DNA of 31,036 nucleotides, taken from positions 1-31,036 of IMG/VR virus record IMGVR_UViG_3300016484_000911, one strand, 5' to 3'. Shown here piece after piece: positions 1 to 6,406 of the stretch. Source of the stretch: a virus. Its lineage: Duplodnaviria; Caudoviricetes. Below the pieces are notes generated by a model that was given only the letters and a program-made list of their open reading frames with translations, ran no database searches and was not told the origin of the DNA. The position numbers were made by a program, and so were the translations under genes. The first letter of the stretch is position 1. Every line of letters starts with the position of its first letter.

Positions 1-150
1 AGACTAATCTCCACTCTCACAGATAGGGAAAGCGTTTCTACTGGTATGTACTACGATTATGTGAGACGTATACACGATTGCCGAGTTGATGAGAGATATA
101 AGTCGGTAGTGCTAGCTGAACTTGATGAGGCTTATGACGTTAGGTGGTAG
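1..150 (+). CDS. 3' end of a hypothetical early protein (truncated by window edge)
   Basis: Frame 1 is open from base 1 to TAG at 148-150 (RLISTLTDRE...AYDVRW) and is followed by a terminator. Confidence 0.6.
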   Translation, partial: RLISTLTDRESVSTGMYYDYVRRIHDCRVDERYKSVVLAELDEAYDVRW

Positions 151-178
151 CTAACTCCCCCGCATCACTAGTCCAATG

Positions 179-207
179 AGGGCGGTCATAGTACCGTCCT
201 TTTTTTT
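179..207 (+). terminator. Rho-independent terminator
   Basis: Stem AGGGCGGT/ACCGTCCT (one G-U pair), 6-nt loop, then a T-run. Confidence 0.8.
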
Positions 208-228
208 ATTCAAAAACAGAGAAAAAGA

Positions 229-257
229 TTGAAGCAGATCTCCCACTCGAGCAGAAT
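229..257 (+). promoter_or_regulatory. sigma70-type early promoter
   Basis: TTGAAG-17 bp-CAGAAT with an A-rich UP-like element; the same geometry is conserved in copy 2. Confidence 0.7.
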
Positions 258-288
258 AGGTATTAAGAGACGATGTTCTGGAGGACAT

Positions 289-591
289 ATGGACACACAA
301 GCTACGAATGGCGTGCTCCTACGGGACGAGCTGATAGTGCTCGCGCAGTCCCTTGAGAGCGGATTCTCTCTGGAAGAGGGAGAATTCAATAGAGTAATCG
401 AGGCAAAGAGGGTAGCAAGTCGCACTGCGGACTACGATAGCTGGGTAATCTGTCGCGCGATTTTAAAGTTGGACACCGCTGTGCGAGCCAGAGTTGAAGG
501 AGACATAGAAGCTGCTCTCATGTGGGAGCGGAGAGCTCAGGAGCTCTATGATCTCCTCCCTGCATCGGCCAGGTGGGGCAAGACTGCGTAG
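289..591 (+). CDS. Hypothetical early protein (100 aa; start moved from 229 to ATG 289)
   Basis: GGAGGA RBS before ATG 289, identical context to ATG 1034; the TTG at 229 is the -35 hexamer. Confidence 0.8.
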   Translation: MDTQATNGVLLRDELIVLAQSLESGFSLEEGEFNRVIEAKRVASRTADYDSWVICRAILKLDTAVRARVEGDIEAALMWERRAQELYDLLPASARWGKTA

Positions 592-618
592 CGATTTTAA
601 CGACAAACGGAGGCGACA

Positions 619-894
619 ATGACAATCACATTAACCATCAAGAAACTCGATTATTCCGCTAACCCTTGGAGGATCTGTATCAATGAGAACGAATGGAGGT
701 ATGACGGCTTCAACTCACTCTCTTTTCCTCGAAAGAGAGATGCGAAGCCTACCCTCGAGGCGCTCCTTGCGATAGGAGATTGGAGCCAAGAGTTCTCGCA
801 AGAACAAAGAGGGAAGGTTGTCGAAATAATCAAAGAGAGCGAGAGTTTCAAATCTCGGCAAGCTGTCCTTTCCCGGACTCGAGGAGGTTGGTAG
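619..894 (+). CDS. Hypothetical early protein
   Basis: GGAGG RBS, ATG start, 91 aa, terminator downstream. Confidence 0.8.
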   Translation: MTITLTIKKLDYSANPWRICINENEWRYDGFNSLSFPRKRDAKPTLEALLAIGDWSQEFSQEQRGKVVEIIKESESFKSRQAVLSRTRGGW

Positions 895-911
895 GTAATC
901 GATTGTCTAAG

Positions 912-1037
912 TCACGAGTTCAATGAGAGAGTTCAAAGCACCTCTCTTTTTTTATTCAAAAGAGAGAAAAAGATTGAACCAGATCTGGGTGTCGCGCAGA
1001 ATAGTTTTTATAAGATGATGTTCTGGAGGACATATGG
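912..1037 (+). repeat. Terminator-promoter-RBS cassette, copy 2
   Basis: Hairpin AGAGAG/CTCTCT (926-947) with T-run, TTGAAC(974)-17 bp-CAGAAT(997-1002), then TTCTGGAGGACATATG. Confidence 0.9.
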
Positions 1038-1240
1038 CAGAGCGAATCAACAAATACATTTACCTCTACAAGGTTCAAGGCTACTACTCTGATCAACATA
1101 AATGGGAGACTGTGACCGCCAGTGAGTCTCTCTCTGAGGCAAGGAGAGACCTCAGAGACTATAGGATAAATGAGCCGTACCAGTTCAGGCTGGTGAAGGG
1201 AAGGGAGAAGAATCCTAGCTATAAGGGGGAGGGGTTATGA
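1034..1240 (+). CDS. Small hypothetical phage early protein
   Basis: Strong RBS; the pattern QGxY...WExV...EA...LxDYRxN resembles small phage early-region proteins (recalled, not searched). Confidence 0.8.
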   Translation: MAERINKYIYLYKVQGYYSDQHKWETVTASESLSEARRDLRDYRINEPYQFRLVKGREKNPSYKGEGL

Positions 1241-1482
1241 GAACAGAGACTCGAAGGCTACACGAGTTAGAAACTCGGAAGCTCTACAGGTTTGACGAAC
1301 TCACTGAGGAGTTCCAACGGGAGGCATTAACTAAACTGAGGAAGGAGAATGAGAGGCGACTAGCAAGGGGAGAGCCTCTATGGTGGGACATAGGCGCTTT
1401 CGACCATACCGTAATTGATGAGATATGCTATAATGAGTTCCGGTTTGGTTGGGAGTTTACTGAGGATGGTGAGTTAGCTTAA
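1237..1482 (+). CDS. Small phage protein with YxFDEL...EFTEDG motifs
   Basis: ATGA overlap with the upstream gene; LYRFDELT and EFTEDG motifs recall a widespread phage/plasmid family of uncertain function. Confidence 0.75.
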   Translation: MRTETRRLHELETRKLYRFDELTEEFQREALTKLRKENERRLARGEPLWWDIGAFDHTVIDEICYNEFRFGWEFTEDGELA

Positions 1483-1504
1483 GGGAGCGGGGGAGGGGAG
1501 TAAA

Positions 1505-1816
1505 GTGACACGTTACGGGTTTATTATGAAGCAACTATCATCGGAAGAGTTTCAGGCTTGGAAGAGAAAAGAGAGAGCTCGGGTGGTAGATCTGTTCACA
1601 GCAGGAGAGACCGACCCAACTATTCACGCAATTGCCAAGCTGATCAGCTCCGGCATGGAGTATAGCGATATATTCCAATCGGAGGAGTGGGTACGGCTCG
1701 GTAACGGCTCCCGGTTCCTAGAGAGGCGCGCTCGAGCTGAGCATCGGGTGAAAACTGAAGGGGTGGAAGAGATGGATGTGGAGTATCTCGATTGCTGGAT
1801 GGAGGGTGTGGAGTAG
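1505..1816 (+). CDS. Hypothetical early protein
   Basis: GGAG RBS, GTG start (ATG 1526 is an alternative), followed by a terminator. Confidence 0.7.
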   Translation: MTRYGFIMKQLSSEEFQAWKRKERARVVDLFTAGETDPTIHAIAKLISSGMEYSDIFQSEEWVRLGNGSRFLERRARAEHRVKTEGVEEMDVEYLDCWMEGVE

Positions 1817-1824
1817 TCGGAGCG

Positions 1825-1844
1825 GGGAGGCACGCCTCCCTTTT
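1825..1844 (+). terminator. Rho-independent terminator ending the early + block
   Basis: GGGAGG-CACG-CCTCCC followed by TTTT. Confidence 0.75.
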
Positions 1845-1881
1845 GCCTATCTCGTCCAGTAGCTACCCTGCTTAAGCCTCT

Positions 1882-2193
1882 CTATCTCCTAAATGTCCAT
1901 TCAGTGTTGTTAGAGAACTCCTCTCTAGAGACAGCTGGACTAAGGCCCCTCCCTTCTAAGAAGCGTACCCAACCCATCGCAAGCTGAAGTGCCTCATCTT
2001 TAGCTCCTTTATGAGTGGCTCGAGAGAGGGGGCATATCCCGACAGTCCAAGGGGTATCGGAGCGGGGGTAGAGTCGTATAGTGACCTGCCCTCCCTGTTT
2101 GTTCTCCCAGATCTTGATGGTCTCAAACTCCTCCAACCAGTGTTGCTCGCCCTCTATCTCTAGAAGCTCACCATATAACCGATAGCTCGTCAT
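1882..2193 (-). CDS. Hypothetical protein (likely start MTSYRLYG at 2193)
   Basis: GGAGG RBS before the ATG at 2193; has its own promoter upstream. Confidence 0.7.
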   Translation of the reverse strand: MTSYRLYGELLEIEGEQHWLEEFETIKIWENKQGGQVTIRLYPRSDTPWTVGICPLSRATHKGAKDEALQLAMGWVRFLEGRGLSPAVSREEFSNNTEWTFRR

Positions 2194-2226
2194 GCCTAGT
2201 CCTCCACTCCTCTCAGTCTTAAGAGA

Positions 2227-2255
2227 ACTATATCCCCCTTCTATAACCGTGTCAT
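2227..2255 (-). promoter_or_regulatory. sigma70-type promoter for the 1882-2193 gene
   Basis: On the minus strand ATGACA-17 bp-TATAGT. Confidence 0.55.
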
Positions 2256-2584
2256 CACATCCCAGGTACAACCCTTGCTCTTATCTCTCTCACTGCTATC
2301 AGTAGGTGAATGGGGAGGACGTACTACTAGAGAGGGAGGAGAATGTGGAGCGGGGAGAGATACTTAGACTATGCAAAGATTGCGTAGTGATTAGAGGCTT
2401 GTTAGAGGTCATTAGAGAGGGGGGAGAGGCTGGGGATAGGGGAGGATATGGAGCGGGGGGATCGTTCAATGGCGGGGCTCCTAGGGGCCTTAGAATTGAT
2501 ATTTAGAGCATAGTTCTTCCTTATCGCTACACATTTTGGGAGTGAACCTAATAAGGTATTGTGTTCACATCTTACCCCTTTCCC

Positions 2585-2597
2585 CAACCCCTTGATT
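2585..2597 (-). promoter_or_regulatory. IHF-consensus site
   Basis: CAACCCCTTGATT is the reverse complement of WATCAANNNNTTR. Confidence 0.5.
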
Positions 2598-2722
2598 TTA
2601 CTAGGGCTCAGAGTCAAGGCTGAGAGGATATGATGGCAGAGGGGAGACGTAAGTGATTGGAATGATTAGCGATCTAGTCTTCTGGCTCAACGTTCGACTC
2701 TCTGATCTGAGCTGAGGAGCTG

Positions 2723-2735
2723 TAAGTGGTTGATA
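2723..2735 (-). promoter_or_regulatory. IHF-consensus site
   Basis: TAAGTGGTTGATA matches YAANNNNTTGATW; a near match (TAAGTGATTGGAA) lies at 2650-2662. Confidence 0.5.
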
Positions 2736-2890
2736 TCGTTGAGGAATGGAGTCGTTGCCCACCGCGACCGGCGTTGTGATTCTGATGCCTCACCCACCAC
2801 CACATAAAAAATAAAAATCAGAAAATCTCACTTCCGATAACGAAATTTATATTACCCCGCTCCACCTACCCCCACCCTCCACCTGCACAC

Positions 2891-3078
2891 CATCCCTAAA
2901 GAGCACATGCCCTTTAAAGGGCCATAGACACCCCTAGGTTCAATTCGAGAGGGGTGGGCTAGGCTTTCCCCCTCTCCGACCCCTCCCTCTCAACCTAGAG
3001 CCTCCTAGGGGCCTTAACGTGGGTGTCGCCCTAAAGGGCCCCTGTGCTCGCGCTGTTAGTTAGGCGGAGCCTCAGATG
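2891..3078 (+). ncRNA. Candidate structured RNA or ssDNA element (long stem plus three-way junction)
   Basis: Nested helices 2901-2907/3043-3049, 2909-2916/3032-3039, 2919-2922/3028-3031, 2927-2933/3021-3027, 2934-2940/2992-2998, 2947-2953/2985-2991 and 3000-3004/3008-3012; G-U pairs favour the + strand. Confidence 0.55.
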
Positions 3079-3166
3079 ACGTAGAAGTTCGGAGTTCGAG
3101 ATCATAAGTTATCCGAAAGTAACCGGAGAAAAAGTGCAATGATTTAGCGGGGATAGCTTGGGTTAT

Positions 3167-3298
3167 TTACCCCCAAACACGATAGTACTTACCCCCAAAC
3201 ACGATAGTACCGCTGTTTTAGCGACATTTCAGAACAGGGGTTTTATCTCAAGTACCCGATAGTAAAAACAGCGTAATTACCCAGATACACGATACCCC
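3167..3298 (+). repeat. 22-bp iteron-like repeats
   Basis: TTACCCCCAAACACGATAGTAC perfect tandem at 3167-3188 and 3189-3210; degenerate copies near 3243 and 3277. Confidence 0.8.
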
Positions 3299-3339
3299 CG
3301 CAACGTTGTTTGAGTATGATTATCGGAAGCTAGCCGGGG

Positions 3340-3367
3340 TTGACAAAAAAAGTTTAAGTGACATTCT
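3340..3367 (+). promoter_or_regulatory. Putative promoter for the packaging/virion operon
   Basis: Perfect TTGACA at 3340, 16-bp spacer ending in TGn, then CATTCT. Confidence 0.5.
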
Positions 3368-3671
3368 GAAGGGTTAAGTAGTTTTTAGTGAGCCTAGTGA
3401 AAATATTTTGCAAAAGGTACTACTGCTACCCCATTTTTTATGCTACCCTCCATTGGTAAGAAGAAAAGATTTATCTTAATCCTTCCTTCTTGAAACCCCT
3501 TGAAGTCTCGGGCAGAGACCAATTACCCCCGTTGGGATAATTCTCCTAGATTAAATAACACCACTTATTACTATCAATGATTGATTACCTTTGTTGGCTA
3601 TGAAGGAAGAGAAAAGACTCTTCTCTCACTGCTAACAAAGAGGTGGTGACACCTACATACATGAGGTTCTC

Positions 3672-3995
3672 TTGCGACATTTTCTCCCCGCTCCAAATAT
3701 CAACATCTCCGGTTATAAGAGAAGACCTACCCAGATACTCACAGGAGATGATCTCCCCGATGGTAAATATGCTGGCATAAGAGAGACGTGGGAGAGGATG
3801 ACTAAGGAGTGCCATGACTACAACCCCTCTACCTTTGGCAAGAAGGCGAGAAGATACGTGTGGTCTGTCTGGAGGGACGACTACACATCCTTCAAGAAGT
3901 GGTCTCTTAAAAGTGGTGGGTGGGGAGCGGGGAAAAACTTATGCTTGATAGACCCGAACGGCAACTATTGCCCCCGCAACTGCAAGTGGGTTTAA
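3672..3995 (+). CDS. Degenerate HNH-endonuclease-like protein
   Basis: W..M..EC...V...W.....FK.W and IDPNGNYCPRNCKWV parallel the intact family member at 27441-27902, but IDRID is replaced by LCLID; start codon uncertain. Confidence 0.6.
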   Translation: MRHFLPAPNINISGYKRRPTQILTGDDLPDGKYAGIRETWERMTKECHDYNPSTFGKKARRYVWSVWRDDYTSFKKWSLKSGGWGAGKNLCLIDPNGNYCPRNCKWV

Positions 3996-4057
3996 ACCTC
4001 TAAACTTCACTCCCCCGCTCCATATCTCACATAATCTCCTGACACTCATAGGGGATT

Positions 4058-4585
4058 ATGACTCATCAACCACTGTTCGCCATCAAGTACAAAGACGGTC
4101 GCATCTCTAGCACTTCCACGGCGGAGCAGCTATTTGAAGCTATCCAGAAACTCCTCCCCGCCACAGAGATCTACTCAGTCACACCAGACCCAGACGGTAA
4201 AGGATTCTCCTATCGGGAGGTAGGCACTCTAGTTGTGGACTTTCAAGCCACAGGGAGTACCGATTCAGTACAGGCCCCCGCCCCTGTACAACCTCCCACA
4301 CCTCCCCCCTCTCCAATTACCCCCGCTCCCCTATCGAGTCCTGACCAGTACGTATTCACTCCAGATGTCCCCGCTCCAAAACCCCAACCAACTCCTCCCT
4401 CAAAGCCTAAACGAGGGAGAAAGCCGAAAGAAGCACATATCAGTAATGACCCTAATGACACGTCATGGGAGGCAGACTTGCCTAAGCCGGTAGTAACGGA
4501 GCGGGGGACGATGCAGGTAACGGGGATTTATGAGGCTTCTCCTCAGCAGGCAGCAATGGCTAGTCACTTCGGGAAGAACTGGTGA
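4058..4585 (+). CDS. Proline-rich hypothetical protein upstream of TerL
   Basis: AGGGG RBS, GTGA overlap with TerL, central Pro-rich linker and a KRGRKPK AT-hook-like motif. Confidence 0.75.
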   Translation: MTHQPLFAIKYKDGRISSTSTAEQLFEAIQKLLPATEIYSVTPDPDGKGFSYREVGTLVVDFQATGSTDSVQAPAPVQPPTPPPSPITPAPLSSPDQYVFTPDVPAPKPQPTPPSKPKRGRKPKEAHISNDPNDTSWEADLPKPVVTERGTMQVTGIYEASPQQAAMASHFGKNW

Positions 4586-6216
4586 TCAAATTCATCTACC
4601 ACCAGAACCCGGATGAGGCGATCAGGCAGAAATCGGCAGAGCTGGCCAAGCTCAAGGCCAACAAGAGCACCTACCCCCTCTACAAGAAGCTACTAGGCGA
4701 AACCCTCAAGCATGACCTCTGGTATCTGCTGCGAGTAGGACTCCAGATGAATTTCTTGGACGAGCAGCTCACAGGACATGATTTCATCAAGCACCTCTCT
4801 GACAACTGGGGAAGCGACATAGGCATCCTTCTCCCTCGAGGCTTCGGCAAAACCCTCCCCGTCTCTGGGATGTGCATCTCGTGCATCTTGCAGGATCCGA
4901 ATATCGCGATGCTTCAGATGTCTCGAACGGACGGTAACGCTGACAAAATAGGCGCGTTCGTATCGGAACACTTGATGTACAACGACATGTTGCAGGAATG
5001 TTTCGGGCGGAAATACAACCCAGACGGGTTTCTCCCCTCTTCAGTCAGTGAATGTGGTTCGTGGGGTAAAGATGGGTACATGTTGCCCTATCGCACCGTC
5101 CGCAGAATCGACCCTACCTTCGTGAACATCTCGCTCAAGTCTGCAAAGGCCGGGAAACACCCTGATATCATCTGGGTCGACGACGCGACTGAGAAGGAGA
5201 ACAACAATGAAGTGGGGTACGAACACGTCGATGACGTTATCAGAGGACTCAAGTACCTCCTCCCCGCTAACGGGTTCATGATCTGGACCGCGACTAGATG
5301 GAGTGACGCCGACCCCGTGGGGAGAGCTTACGACAAAAAACTTAGGGGGAAGCAGGGCTACTTCAACTTTCTCCTCAGAAGTTGCTATGTGGATGACGAT
5401 CCGGCTAAGGGAGTCACCTATCCCCGCAAAAAAAGGTGGGGCATGGAGATTGAGACCGGATACACACTAGAAGCGCTAGAAGAGTTGCGGACAGACCCGA
5501 TAGAAGGACCTATGTTCTCGGCACAGATGAGGAATGACCCCGCTCCAAGCGACACTACCGAGATATCTGCTGCTGATATTCGCATTTACGACCCCGCTGA
5601 CAAACCGAAGTACATATCACCTGATAGCGTCCGAATGTTCGGAATTGAGATAACAGGTGGCGGAAGACCCATTTATAACGGGTTCCGTGACTTTTGTGAA
5701 GAGCTAAGAATCAACATTCCGCTAGTCGAGCTCAAGTCGCCTAAAGAGGCGGGGATGGAGAAGGCTGACAAGATAATTGCGGCGCTCCAGCCCATTGTGG
5801 CGCAGGGAAAACTCCACTGCCAGGAGTGGATGATAGGGGATGTGACCCGCCAGAAGGACACTTTGGGTTATGAGCTCCAACGTTGCAGGGTGGCGGTCCA
5901 TGATGATATAGCGGATGCGCTGTCTAAGGTAACAGCTATGGCGGGGAAGCTCACTCCCTCACAGCCAAACGAACCAGCCCACCTCTACATCTCGGTCGAC
6001 CTAGCCTATACCGAGAAAACCCGTTCTGACTTCACCGTAGCGATAGCAGTCGCCATAGACCACGCCGGGAACTGGTGGGTCTTGAACTATGACCGCTTCC
6101 AGCTCGAACGTCCCACTGAATTATACAATAGACTGCTCAAATTCTATCGTAAGTTTGAGGAGCCTGTGTCACTCCGCTCCTTATCAGGTCGGAAGTACCC
6201 TGGCTCCTGGCGTTAA
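4582..6216 (+). CDS. terL: Terminase large subunit (nuclease domain apparently circularly permuted)
   Basis: Walker A LLPRGFGKT, Walker B IIWVDD, motif III ATRW, FSAQMRNDP linker; nuclease motifs GIE, HDDIADAL and YISVDLA..SDFT; lies upstream of the portal. Confidence 0.92.
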   Translation: MIKFIYHQNPDEAIRQKSAELAKLKANKSTYPLYKKLLGETLKHDLWYLLRVGLQMNFLDEQLTGHDFIKHLSDNWGSDIGILLPRGFGKTLPVSGMCISCILQDPNIAMLQMSRTDGNADKIGAFVSEHLMYNDMLQECFGRKYNPDGFLPSSVSECGSWGKDGYMLPYRTVRRIDPTFVNISLKSAKAGKHPDIIWVDDATEKENNNEVGYEHVDDVIRGLKYLLPANGFMIWTATRWSDADPVGRAYDKKLRGKQGYFNFLLRSCYVDDDPAKGVTYPRKKRWGMEIETGYTLEALEELRTDPIEGPMFSAQMRNDPAPSDTTEISAADIRIYDPADKPKYISPDSVRMFGIEITGGGRPIYNGFRDFCEELRINIPLVELKSPKEAGMEKADKIIAALQPIVAQGKLHCQEWMIGDVTRQKDTLGYELQRCRVAVHDDIADALSKVTAMAGKLTPSQPNEPAHLYISVDLAYTEKTRSDFTVAIAVAIDHAGNWWVLNYDRFQLERPTELYNRLLKFYRKFEEPVSLRSLSGRKYPGSWR

Positions 6217-6235
6217 TACACGTGTACGGAGCCCA

Positions 6236-6400
6236 ATGGAAAAGAAAGATCAAATCAACTACCGAAAGATGCCGGTTCCTTCGACCCCCGGCGCACAGCA
6301 AATCACCAATGAAGGCGGCGAATATAAGAAGGGCGGGAGCTCTCTTACTCATTCTATGCCAACCAAGTACGTCGTACCTGGCAGCGACAAGAAAAAGTAA
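6236..6400 (+). CDS. Small basic protein (54 aa) between TerL and portal
   Basis: GGAG RBS then ATG 6236 (MEKKDQINY...SDKKK); fills the intergenic gap. Confidence 0.6.
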   Translation: MEKKDQINYRKMPVPSTPGAQQITNEGGEYKKGGSSLTHSMPTKYVVPGSDKKK

Positions 6401-6406
6401 GTACTC

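Larger units (their letters stand above)
165..292 (+). repeat. Terminator-promoter-RBS cassette, copy 1
   Basis: Aligns with 912-1037; shared blocks include CAATGAG, TTTTTTATTCAAAA, AGAGAAAAAGATTGAA, CAGATCT, GCAGAATAG and GATGTTCTGGAGGACATATGG. Confidence 0.9.

Noticed and set aside
229-288. N-terminal 20 codons of ORF 229..591
   Set aside because: This stretch is the promoter and leader of the repeated cassette; the RBS points to ATG 289.
2306-2617. ORFs 2306..2506 (+) and 2402..2617 (-)
   Set aside because: Low-complexity purine-rich DNA, weak initiation signals and mutual overlap; more likely non-coding.
3167-3298. Mini CRISPR array
   Set aside because: The two perfect repeats are contiguous with no spacer, the other copies are degenerate, and no cas genes are present.
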